Positions 7,161 to 13,398 of a stretch of 13,398 nt of DNA are shown in pieces. The first letter of the stretch is position 1; the number at the start of each line of letters is the position of its first letter. Source of the stretch: Vampirovibrionales bacterium. Its GTDB lineage: Bacteria > Cyanobacteriota > Vampirovibrionia > Vampirovibrionales > JAJTHC01. The position numbers were made by a program, and so were the translations under genes. Below the pieces are notes generated by a model, which did no database searches, was not told the DNA's origin, and saw nothing but the letters and a program-made list of their open reading frames with translations. The stretch spans positions 1 to 13,398 of the forward strand of contig JBJTUB010000247.1 of the NCBI GenBank assembly GCA_046080465.1, in the 5' to 3' direction.

Positions 7161-7211
7161 CTTGGGTGAACGCCCCCCTTCTATCGTATCTGTACAGAAA
7201 GTGCCACACTC

Positions 7212-8522
7212 ATGATTGAACGTTATAGCCTACCCGCCATGGCCGACCTCTGGAGCCAAGAGGCCAAATACGCCACTTGGATTGATGTTGAACTGGCCGC
7301 CCTAGAAGCCCAAGAGGCCTTGGGGCATGTACCCGCAGGAGTCAGCCAACGTGTGCGAGCCAAGGCACAGGTCGACCCACAACGGATTGATGCCATTGAA
7401 GCCGAAGTGCGTCACGATATTATTGCGTTTTTAACGAACTTGGCGGAATCCGTCGGGGAAGAGAGTCGCTTTGTTCACTTAGGCATGACGAGTTCTGATT
7501 TAATTGATACGGCCTTGAACGTGCAACTTCAAAAGGCTCGCCCCTTGATTATGGAAGCCTTGGCTACCGTGAAGGAAACCCTCCTAAAGCGGGCGTGGGA
7601 ACATAAAGAAACCGTGATGGTGGGGCGGAGCCACGGGATTCACGGCGAACCCATTACCTTTGGCATTAAGCTACTGGTGTGGGTGGATGAGTTGGCTCGG
7701 GCGGAACGACGCTTAGAGGCGGCGTTTGAAGAGTGCCGTGTGGGCATGGTCTCTGGAGCGATGGGTAACTATGCCCATTTAGATGTGGCCATTGAAGCCT
7801 TAACCTGCCAACGCCTAGGGCTAGAGCCTGTGTTGGCCTCCACCCAAGTGATTCAGCGGGATCGTTTAGCCAGCTTAATGAATGCCTTGGCCTTGTTGAT
7901 GAGCAGTATCGAGAAAATGGCCGTCGAGCTACGCAACCTGCAACGCACCGATGTGTTGGAGGTAGAAGAAGCCTTTGCCAAGGGGCAAAAAGGCTCTTCA
8001 GCCATGCCTCATAAACGCAACCCCATTAGTGCCGAAAACTTGACAGGCTTAGCTCGCTTGATTCGTTCTTACGCCCTACCCGCCATGGAGAACGTGGCTC
8101 TGTGGCACGAACGAGATATCAGCCATTCCAGCGTTGAACGTATTATTGTACCCGATGCCATGATTGCCACTCACTACGCCTTGCATCGTTTTAACGCCCT
8201 AATGAGTAACCTGTTAGTACATGCCCACAACATGAAACGCAACATGTATGTGTACGGGGGGGTTATTTTTAGCCAACAGGTGTTGCTAACGTTGGTTAAG
8301 AAAGGGATGCTTCGTGAAGAGGCTTACCCCTTGGTGCAACGCCACGCCCATGCGGCATGGAACACGGAAGGCGGTAACTTTAAGGCGAACGTATTGAACG
8401 ATGCGACCCTGCGGCAACACCTATCCCCCGATGAGTTAGAGGCTTGTTTCGACCCCAGCCCGCTGCTCGCCAACACCGATACCATCTTCCGTCGGTTTGC
8501 GAAGCCAGCCGTCTGTGTTTGA
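7212..8522 (+). CDS. purB: adenylosuccinate lyase
   Basis: N-terminus 'MIERYSLPAMADLW' is canonical for PurB. The fumarate-lyase family signature 'GSSAMPHKRNP' is present. The protein is 436 aa, and I recall it as collinear with Bacillus/cyanobacterial PurB along its whole length. Confidence 0.92.
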   Translation: MIERYSLPAMADLWSQEAKYATWIDVELAALEAQEALGHVPAGVSQRVRAKAQVDPQRIDAIEAEVRHDIIAFLTNLAESVGEESRFVHLGMTSSDLIDTALNVQLQKARPLIMEALATVKETLLKRAWEHKETVMVGRSHGIHGEPITFGIKLLVWVDELARAERRLEAAFEECRVGMVSGAMGNYAHLDVAIEALTCQRLGLEPVLASTQVIQRDRLASLMNALALLMSSIEKMAVELRNLQRTDVLEVEEAFAKGQKGSSAMPHKRNPISAENLTGLARLIRSYALPAMENVALWHERDISHSSVERIIVPDAMIATHYALHRFNALMSNLLVHAHNMKRNMYVYGGVIFSQQVLLTLVKKGMLREEAYPLVQRHAHAAWNTEGGNFKANVLNDATLRQHLSPDELEACFDPSPLLANTDTIFRRFAKPAVCV

Positions 8523-8697
8523 TTGCGGGGGTCAGTAGTCCTAGAAACAGAACAGCTACTCCTGTTGCCTAGGTTTCTACATTAGATGAAAGAACTTTCC
8601 ATAAAAAACTAAAGTTTGAGGCAATCCTACCGATAATAATAAAAGAAAGCTTATTTAAACTCCAAAAAACATTAATTTAAAACAAAAAAGAAAGGAA

Positions 8698-8729
8698 ATG
8701 CCTCCATGCCTCCATGCTTCCATGCCTCC
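8698..8729. repeat. 8-bp tandem repeat (ATGCCTCC)x4, third unit ATGCTTCC, overlapping the pilin initiation region
   Basis: Read directly from the sequence: atgcctcc atgcctcc atgcttcc atgcctcc, immediately after 'aaaggaa'. Each unit carries an ATG. Successive ATGs fall in different reading frames. Confidence 0.9.
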
Positions 8730-9343
8730 AGTATAACACAAACAAAACAGGGTTTACCCTGAGCGAACTACTGATTAGCTTGGCCGTACTAGGGCTGATT
8801 AGTGCCTTAACCCTGCCTAGCATTTTTAACAGCGTTAGCACAGCTCAAATGAAAGCCAAACAGAAAGAAACCATTCAAATACTGCAAGATGTTGTGTATC
8901 AAGGCTTTATGAATGGCGATTTTCAAAACATTTCCAGTTGGGGGTTTCAAAACACCACCGACCCTAGTGTGCAGTATTTCACTAGTAAGCTGGCAGGATC
9001 CACCCACTGCCCTAAGGGTATCACCACACCTCCCTGTACCCACAACCGGGCTAACTCTGGTTTGAGTCATTCTCATAATAATCATTCTGGGCGGTGGGTA
9101 CTGCCCAATGGGGTGGGCGTTTGGATATGGGACTTCTCTTCTTCTCGAATTGGTTGGTTTATCGATGGTAACATGAGCAATACCACATCAACATTCCATG
9201 TAGCAGGGGCGGATCAATTGGCCATATTCTGTAATTTTAATAGTACCAACCAAACGTGGGTTACCAACGTACCCGCCAAACTAGGGCAATGTACGGCATC
9301 TAGTAATCTGACTCAACTAACCTTCTCGGCCTTGTATCAGTAA
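8714..9343 (+). CDS. type IV prepilin-like protein (pilin or pseudopilin) with N-terminal cleavage/methylation motif
   Basis: 'NKTG|FTLSELLISLAVLGLISALTLPSIF' has Gly at -1, Phe at +1, Glu at +5 and a ~20-residue hydrophobic helix. Two Cys pairs in the C-terminal half (HCPKGITTPPC, FCN...GQC). A very AT-rich 120-bp region lies upstream. The start-codon choice is uncertain because of the tandem repeat. Confidence 0.8.
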   Translation: MLPCLQYNTNKTGFTLSELLISLAVLGLISALTLPSIFNSVSTAQMKAKQKETIQILQDVVYQGFMNGDFQNISSWGFQNTTDPSVQYFTSKLAGSTHCPKGITTPPCTHNRANSGLSHSHNNHSGRWVLPNGVGVWIWDFSSSRIGWFIDGNMSNTTSTFHVAGADQLAIFCNFNSTNQTWVTNVPAKLGQCTASSNLTQLTFSALYQ

Positions 9344-9389
9344 GCCTTGGGGCTGTTTGCAACGAGTTGAACCCTATCCTAATAGATGC

Positions 9390-9471
9390 GTCATTACGAG
9401 TCGTAGGCGTGGCAATCCCCTGCACAGAAGCGATAAGGCTAAGGAGATTGCTTCACGACGTTTACCATGAC
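9390..9471. repeat. repeat module C, copy 2
   Basis: 'gtcattacgagtcgtaggcgtggcaatcccc ... gattgcttcacgacgtttaccatgac' parallels 5343-5419. Confidence 0.65.
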
Positions 9472-9554
9472 AAAAAGGTAAGGGATAAGAACGCAACATC
9501 GACTCGACGTTTGACGAGACCAACGTTCAACCCCTCTTCGCACGGGCGAATGCC

Positions 9555-9593
9555 CCCCTCAATAGATTTTTTCTATTGAGGGGGATGTTTTTT
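9555..9593 (+). terminator. Rho-independent terminator between the convergent pilin and sigma-factor genes
   Basis: Perfect 12-bp stem cccctcaataga/tctattgagggg with a tttttt loop. On the + strand it is followed by 'atgtttttt'. It abuts the sigma-factor stop codon on the other strand. Confidence 0.7.
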
Positions 9594-10494
9594 AAATAGA
9601 CTCTATCCCGTGTTTTACCAGCTCTTTTTTAAGTTTATCTAAGGCTCCTTGCACCACACGGCTGGCACGTGAAGGAGAAATATTAAACTCCTCGCCAATT
9701 TCACGCATCCGTTTGTGCTGGAAAAATCGAGCCTCTATCAGGTTGCGTTCACGGTCGGGCAAGCGGTGCATGGCTGCACGAATAATACTGGCAATATCGC
9801 TAAACTCGCCTGCTTCTTCGGGGGTGGCACGGTCATCGCGTAGCTCGTGGGGGTTATCGGCCTCCATCATCCCATCCACCGAAAGAATACTCTCGTAAAT
9901 GGCTTCTCGTACCTGCGAACGGTCTGGGCCAAAATCATCGTCAAAGCCATAGGTATCACTGGCTTCTTCCTCGTGAATGTGGCTTATCTCCTCGTCGCTT
10001 TGAGCCGCATCGTTGGTTTTAATGCCGTACCACTTATAACGATACCGCAGCTCGTTACGTACCGCCCACTTAATAGCCGTGGAAAGATAGGTGACGTTGT
10101 ACTCTTTTTCGGGGTTTTTGGTAAACATTAAATACAGGGTTAAGGCACCAATGTTCACAATTTCATCGTACGTAATCAGGTGACGAGGTAAGCGACTGGC
10201 CTCTACCCGAGCCACGGTTTCAATCAGCTCCATAAAGTCTTTAATATCTCGGCTATGTACTTTACTGGGGTCAATGCTTTGGCTACGGCCATGTTCTACT
10301 TGCCGAGTGGCTCGTTTAAGCTTGCCCCGCTGTTTACTAGGGGCAATGGTGGCAGGTTGAGGTAACGCCAACGTAGGGGCGTGTTTAGGTTCCGCCAAGC
10401 GGGTGGCGTGGCTGGCAAGCATCATCATCATAGAGAAAAGGCATCCTTTTCTGTTTTTCAGAGAGGGGGGTGAACTGCTAGATAGTGTCATCAT
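9592..10494 (-). CDS. sigma-70 family RNA polymerase sigma factor, FliA/SigF-like (group 3), with N-terminal extension and acidic insertion
   Basis: Region-2-like 'DIKDFMELIETVARVEASRL...YDEIVNIGALTLYLMFTKNPEKEYNVTYLSTAIKWAVRNELRYRYKWYG'. Region-4.2 helix-turn-helix 'RMREIGEEFNISPSRASRVVQGALDKLKKEL'. The start may instead be the internal 'MMMM' at ~10431. Naming it fliA rests only on this resemblance and on flgB lying nearby. Confidence 0.8.
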   Translation of the reverse strand: MMTLSSSSPPSLKNRKGCLFSMMMMLASHATRLAEPKHAPTLALPQPATIAPSKQRGKLKRATRQVEHGRSQSIDPSKVHSRDIKDFMELIETVARVEASRLPRHLITYDEIVNIGALTLYLMFTKNPEKEYNVTYLSTAIKWAVRNELRYRYKWYGIKTNDAAQSDEEISHIHEEEASDTYGFDDDFGPDRSQVREAIYESILSVDGMMEADNPHELRDDRATPEEAGEFSDIASIIRAAMHRLPDRERNLIEARFFQHKRMREIGEEFNISPSRASRVVQGALDKLKKELVKHGIESI

Positions 10495-10598
10495 TCGTCA
10501 CCGTATCAACACCAACCTAAAGGCCATAAACTCGTAACAGAGCGTCACCCGTAGAGCCTCGCCTTTCTAACGCATACGTACTAGAAAACACAGATTAC

Positions 10599-10620
10599 CC
10601 CCTCTCCCTTAGGGAGAGGG
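10599..10620. repeat. perfect palindrome 'ccctctcccttagggagaggg', copy 2
   Basis: Identical to 7139-7160. It lies in the divergent promoter region between the sigma-factor gene and the gene at 10972. Confidence 0.75.
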
Positions 10621-10971
10621 CTGGGGTGAGGGATGTCACTAACCTAGGTATCGCCTGTGCTTCCCTCATCCTAACCTTCTCTCTAAGAGAAAGAGGGGGA
10701 GAGATAGCTCCTTTTGCAAAGGTTTTTATAGAACATCAGCAGAAAAACGAGGCCTCTACACAGGCAGTGCAGCGGCAATAAAGCGGGGTTGAAACCGTGA
10801 ACGAAACAGAGAGAAAAAACCAATTAGATGACAATTAAATAAAAACAATCTTCTCTTAAATATTGATAGAAAAATAAAAACAGCTTTTATAAAGACAACA
10901 CCAGCCATCGCACAAAACTAGCTCCTGCTTGTTTTTATCCTTTTAAAGAGAGAAAGAGTGTCGTAGCCATC

Positions 10972-12336
10972 ATGATTAATCCAACAGCTTCTTTTCAACC
11001 AAACCCGTTTGCTCGCCCACCGTTGCCGCCTACCTTTGCAAGCCAAGAGGGAGCCTCCACGCCTTCCCCTCAAGCCCCCCCACTCACCCCGACGTTCCTT
11101 CCTGGGCAGGGCGTTCCCCTCAACGAGCTTAACGCTCTTGGGGTGGGCAATCCCGCCATCGCCAATAGCGTGGATCCCTTTCAAACCTTGGCTAGCCTTC
11201 AGCAGGCATTCATGCCGACGCCCTCGACCCTTTCGCCTTTACCCAGCGGAAATAGTGGTTATGGCAACACCTTACAAGCTCCATCCCCTACGTCTAGCGA
11301 ACCAACAACGCCACCAGCCCCCCAAACACCCAGTGGATTCACGTTACAGGCACCACCTGGGGCTCAAGTGGTTCAAACCCCCTATGGTTACAACGTCATG
11401 GGGCCTCAAAACTTACTCACTGCCTTTAATCCGCTGGATCCTCGTATTGATTTTGTCAACCCTACAATACAAGCAGCCGTTGCGGGTGGTGCTATCGGTA
11501 CCGCCCTCGCTGTGCGTCATGCGTGGCAGCCTCAAGCCCAAGGGGTTCACAACTATCGGGTTCGCCTTAATGGGCAAGACGTGTTTTTGCAGAGCCTTGA
11601 AAGCCAACAAACTGTTAAAAACATTTACAGCGATGCCCCTAACAAAGGCCTCATTGCCACGTTTGAAGATACCAACACTGCCTTTTGGGGCAAGGGGAAA
11701 CAGGCTCAAAAGCTCAACCGTACAGGTAACCCTTATGTGCCTTCAAGCGTACGTTTATTAAACGATCAAGGGCAAACCGCTTACACCGTTCGCCAACTAA
11801 AGGATGGAGCCTTGCAGGCTTCCAACCCCTATCTACAGGTGCAACTCAACGCCGATGGCTTCATAACGCACGGCACCTTCAAACATCAAGGGCAGGTTTA
11901 CAACGTGGTGCAAGATGGGGCAGGCCAGCCTATTTTAGAAGAATCTACCCAGTTAGGCCAACGCCTTAAACGTGGCGTGGCAGGATGGTTTAATAAAGCC
12001 CCTGATTTTAGCGAGGCTCAAACCGTTTTTAAAGCCCAACGCCAAGCCCTTATGGAACACAAGGCTTTGGGAGTGGTGCAGCAAGCAGGGGATAGCCTCA
12101 AGAATCTGCAGCATGTCAAAGATTTAGGGGTGGCACGCAATGGTTTTGATTTGGGCGATTTACTGAAAAGTGGTGCCAAAGGAGCGGCCGCCCTAGCGGG
12201 GGTTATGCTTGTGTGGCAGGGGGGTAAGTGGGCCTTACAGCACGGGATTCCGCAGTGGTTGAACCATCAGCAAGCCACGACACCTACACCTACAACGTCT
12301 GCCCCAACGCCAACGCCCTTTCAGGCTCAGGCTTAA
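10972..12336 (+). CDS. hypothetical protein, Pro/Gln/Thr-rich disordered N-terminal ~130 aa, globular C-terminal part, PT-repeat tail
   Basis: 454-codon ORF with an AT-rich upstream region and SD 'aaagagagaaagagtg'. N-terminus 'PPLPPTFASQEGASTPSPQAPPLTPTFLPGQG'. C-terminus 'TTPTPTTSAPTPTP'. I recognise no family. The +1-frame ORF 11009-11761 overlapping it is Arg-rich and looks spurious. Confidence 0.55.
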   Translation: MINPTASFQPNPFARPPLPPTFASQEGASTPSPQAPPLTPTFLPGQGVPLNELNALGVGNPAIANSVDPFQTLASLQQAFMPTPSTLSPLPSGNSGYGNTLQAPSPTSSEPTTPPAPQTPSGFTLQAPPGAQVVQTPYGYNVMGPQNLLTAFNPLDPRIDFVNPTIQAAVAGGAIGTALAVRHAWQPQAQGVHNYRVRLNGQDVFLQSLESQQTVKNIYSDAPNKGLIATFEDTNTAFWGKGKQAQKLNRTGNPYVPSSVRLLNDQGQTAYTVRQLKDGALQASNPYLQVQLNADGFITHGTFKHQGQVYNVVQDGAGQPILEESTQLGQRLKRGVAGWFNKAPDFSEAQTVFKAQRQALMEHKALGVVQQAGDSLKNLQHVKDLGVARNGFDLGDLLKSGAKGAAALAGVMLVWQGGKWALQHGIPQWLNHQQATTPTPTTSAPTPTPFQAQA

Positions 12337-12339
12337 AAG

Positions 12340-12560
12340 CCATTCGGCCATGCGATGAAAGCCCTTCAGCTTGTGCAATGAAAGCCATTCGGCTTGTGCA
12401 ATGAGGGGTAGCACGCTGGTTGCGTAAAAAGCTAAAAAATGGGGTCTATAGGGGCGAAGCCCCTATAAATACTCTAGGGGGGAGAGTTTGAGAGGGAGGA
12501 ACGGCCTCTCAAAGTCGTCTGAAAGACGACACGCAACAAGAAAACTAAGACTGTTCGGAA
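12340..12560. repeat. second copy of the 5071-5290 repeat backbone (direct orientation, lacking the Y insert), preceded by three tandem ~20-bp 'ccattcgg..gtgcaatga' sub-repeats
   Basis: 'gctaaaaaatggggtctataggggcgaagcccctataaata...ggggggagagtttgagagg..cctctcaaagtcgtctgaaagacgacacg' parallels 5097-5270. The 12343-12400 region has 'gccattcggccatgcgatgaaagc / ccttcagcttgtgcaatgaaagc / cattcggcttgtgcaatgagg'. Confidence 0.75.
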
Positions 12561-12620
12561 TTATAGTGGCATTTCACTATACCCTATTTTTTAGCTCTTT
12601 ACGCTTTTAGCGTTCTAGAC

Positions 12621-13163
12621 TTAGTGTAAGCCGCCTAATAAGCCCTTCAGCTGTTGATTCAGCTTACCCTGCAAACTAGTGACCGATTTAAACTTACTGG
12701 CGTTTCGAGTTAAATCCACCATCTCGTGTTCAATATCCACACCGTTACCATCGTTGCGGTAGGCAAAGTTTTCATCTTCGGTGGTTTCAATGGCCGTCAT
12801 ACCAACGCTGGGGTGAGCGTAATCGGTGTAGCCGTGTTTAGCAATCAGGCTGGGGGTAGGGGCTTCTAGCAACACGCCGTAGTGTTGGGGCAGGGCAGAA
12901 TTCATGCCAATATCACCCGCTTTTTTGGGTAAACTCTCAAACCCATCGGGGGTATGCTGAACGGCAATTAGATCTTTGCCAACGCCTTGGCGAGCCTCGT
13001 TTAAGGCCAAGCCGAGTTGCTCTTGAAACACCACATCACGGCGATGATAGCCAGGGGTTTCGCTGTTGGCAATGTTGCTGGCAATGGCTTTTTGTCTAGC
13101 ATTGTAGCCATCTAAAGCCTTTGCCACGATATCAGTGGTCAGGTTACGAACAAGGGTCATCAT
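12621..13163 (-). CDS. flgB: flagellar basal-body rod protein FlgB homologue, with a ~40-aa internal insertion
   Basis: N-terminal rod-protein signature 'RQKAIASNIANSETPGYHRRD'. C-terminal 'DGNGVDIEHEMVDLTRNASKFKSVTSLQGKLNQQLKGLL', typical of FlgB. It is 180 aa against the usual ~130-140. Confidence 0.75.
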   Translation of the reverse strand: MMTLVRNLTTDIVAKALDGYNARQKAIASNIANSETPGYHRRDVVFQEQLGLALNEARQGVGKDLIAVQHTPDGFESLPKKAGDIGMNSALPQHYGVLLEAPTPSLIAKHGYTDYAHPSVGMTAIETTEDENFAYRNDGNGVDIEHEMVDLTRNASKFKSVTSLQGKLNQQLKGLLGGLH

Positions 13164-13240
13164 GGGTGTAGCGACCTTTTTCTTCTCTCGTTACGTGCAA
13201 ATTTAGACTGTGTGCGTTATACTCGATACAATTTGATTTA

Positions 13241-13398
13241 ACTATAGAAAACTCTTCAAAAGGGTTTGTCGAGGCTTCTAAGTCCCTCGTTTTGCATTGC
13301 CCTACGGGCAATCTTGAGAGGCCGGGGCGTTCGCCCCCACAGTGAGGAGGGACAATCTCAATTCTTACGCAAGATCCTCATTGTGAAAAACCTCTCAA
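13241..13398. repeat. inverted copy of the 5150-5300 portion of the MITE-like element (including an inverted Y insert), truncated by the window edge
   Basis: 'ctcttcaaaagggtttgtcgaggcttctaagtccctcgttt' is the reverse complement of 5261-5304. 13321-13389 is the reverse complement of Y (5165-5235). The hairpin slot carries 'attgccctacgggcaat' instead of 'gtcgtctgaaagacgac'. Confidence 0.8.

Noticed and set aside
4857-7211. Possible CRISPR array suggested by the many repeats
   Set aside because: The repeats are heterogeneous palindromic modules of different lengths. They sit in both orientations with irregular spacing and no unique spacers of uniform size, and there are no cas genes. This is not a CRISPR architecture.
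6248-7211. Search for tRNA or other canonical RNA genes in the 960-bp ORF-free gap
   Set aside because: No cloverleaf-compatible sequence (GTTCRA T-loop, acceptor-stem pairing) was found by eye. The gap is accounted for by repeat modules plus an AT-rich stretch (6420-6640) that likely holds the divergent promoters for the SPFH and purB genes.
8523-8697. Sigma-54 (-24/-12) promoter upstream of the pilin gene
   Set aside because: Type IV pilin genes are often RpoN-dependent, but no GG-N10-GC element with correct spacing is visible. The region is just AT-rich.
8807-9085. 92-aa minus-strand ORF inside the pilin gene
   Set aside because: Antisense to a CDS with a strong prepilin signature. No independent support.
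9367-9579. 70-aa plus-strand ORF between the pilin and sigma genes
   Set aside because: It spans the copy of repeat module C and ends inside the terminator hairpin. No SD. Likely non-coding.
11009-11761. 250-aa +1-frame ORF and 98-aa minus ORF (11413-11709) overlapping the Pro-rich gene
   Set aside because: The overlapping frame is Arg-rich, the usual shadow of a Pro/Ala-rich GC-biased frame. The 454-aa frame has the AT-rich promoter region and SD and runs uninterrupted.
12420-13398. Idea that flgB sits on an invertible segment flanked by inverted copies of the repeat
   Set aside because: The two flanking copies share only short stretches ('ttgagagg'/'cctctcaa' and neighbouring bases). The long homologous parts are not arranged as a clean inverted pair around the gene. 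I see no recombinase gene and no inverted-repeat crossover sites.

Overview
This is a 13.4-kb bacterial chromosomal window of roughly 50% GC. About 70% of it is coding.

Genes, in order:
- An SLH-domain outer-membrane porin (186-1814, +).
- A secreted TPR-repeat protein (2004-4034, +).
- A degenerate, frameshifted remnant of a mannose-1-phosphate guanylyltransferase (ManC)-like gene (4062-4986, +).
- An SPFH/band-7 membrane protein (5489-6247, -).
- Adenylosuccinate lyase purB (7212-8522, +).
- A type IV prepilin-like protein (8714-9343, +).
- A FliA/SigF-like sigma-70 family factor (9592-10494, -).
- A proline-rich hypothetical protein (10972-12336, +).
- A flagellar rod protein FlgB homologue (12621-13163, -).

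The most striking content is non-coding. Every intergenic gap is packed with a mosaic of short, mostly palindromic repeat modules. All are built on the motif 'cttttgcagag-N2-ttctatagaa-N2-ctctgcaaaag'. Some modules sit inside others in direct or inverted orientation, and two different hairpin cassettes can occupy the same slot of an otherwise identical backbone. This looks like a family of non-autonomous MITE-like or REP-like elements.

Two other points stand out. A perfect (ATGCCTCC)x4-type 8-bp tandem array overlaps the pilin start codon. The flgB gene is 'orphaned', with no flgC downstream.

I could not place the organism with certainty. An SLH-porin together with flagellar and type IV pilus genes suggests a diderm with an SLH-anchored outer membrane, such as Negativicutes or Halanaerobiales, or the non-photosynthetic cyanobacterial relatives. 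I found no CRISPR array, tRNA, rRNA or transposase.
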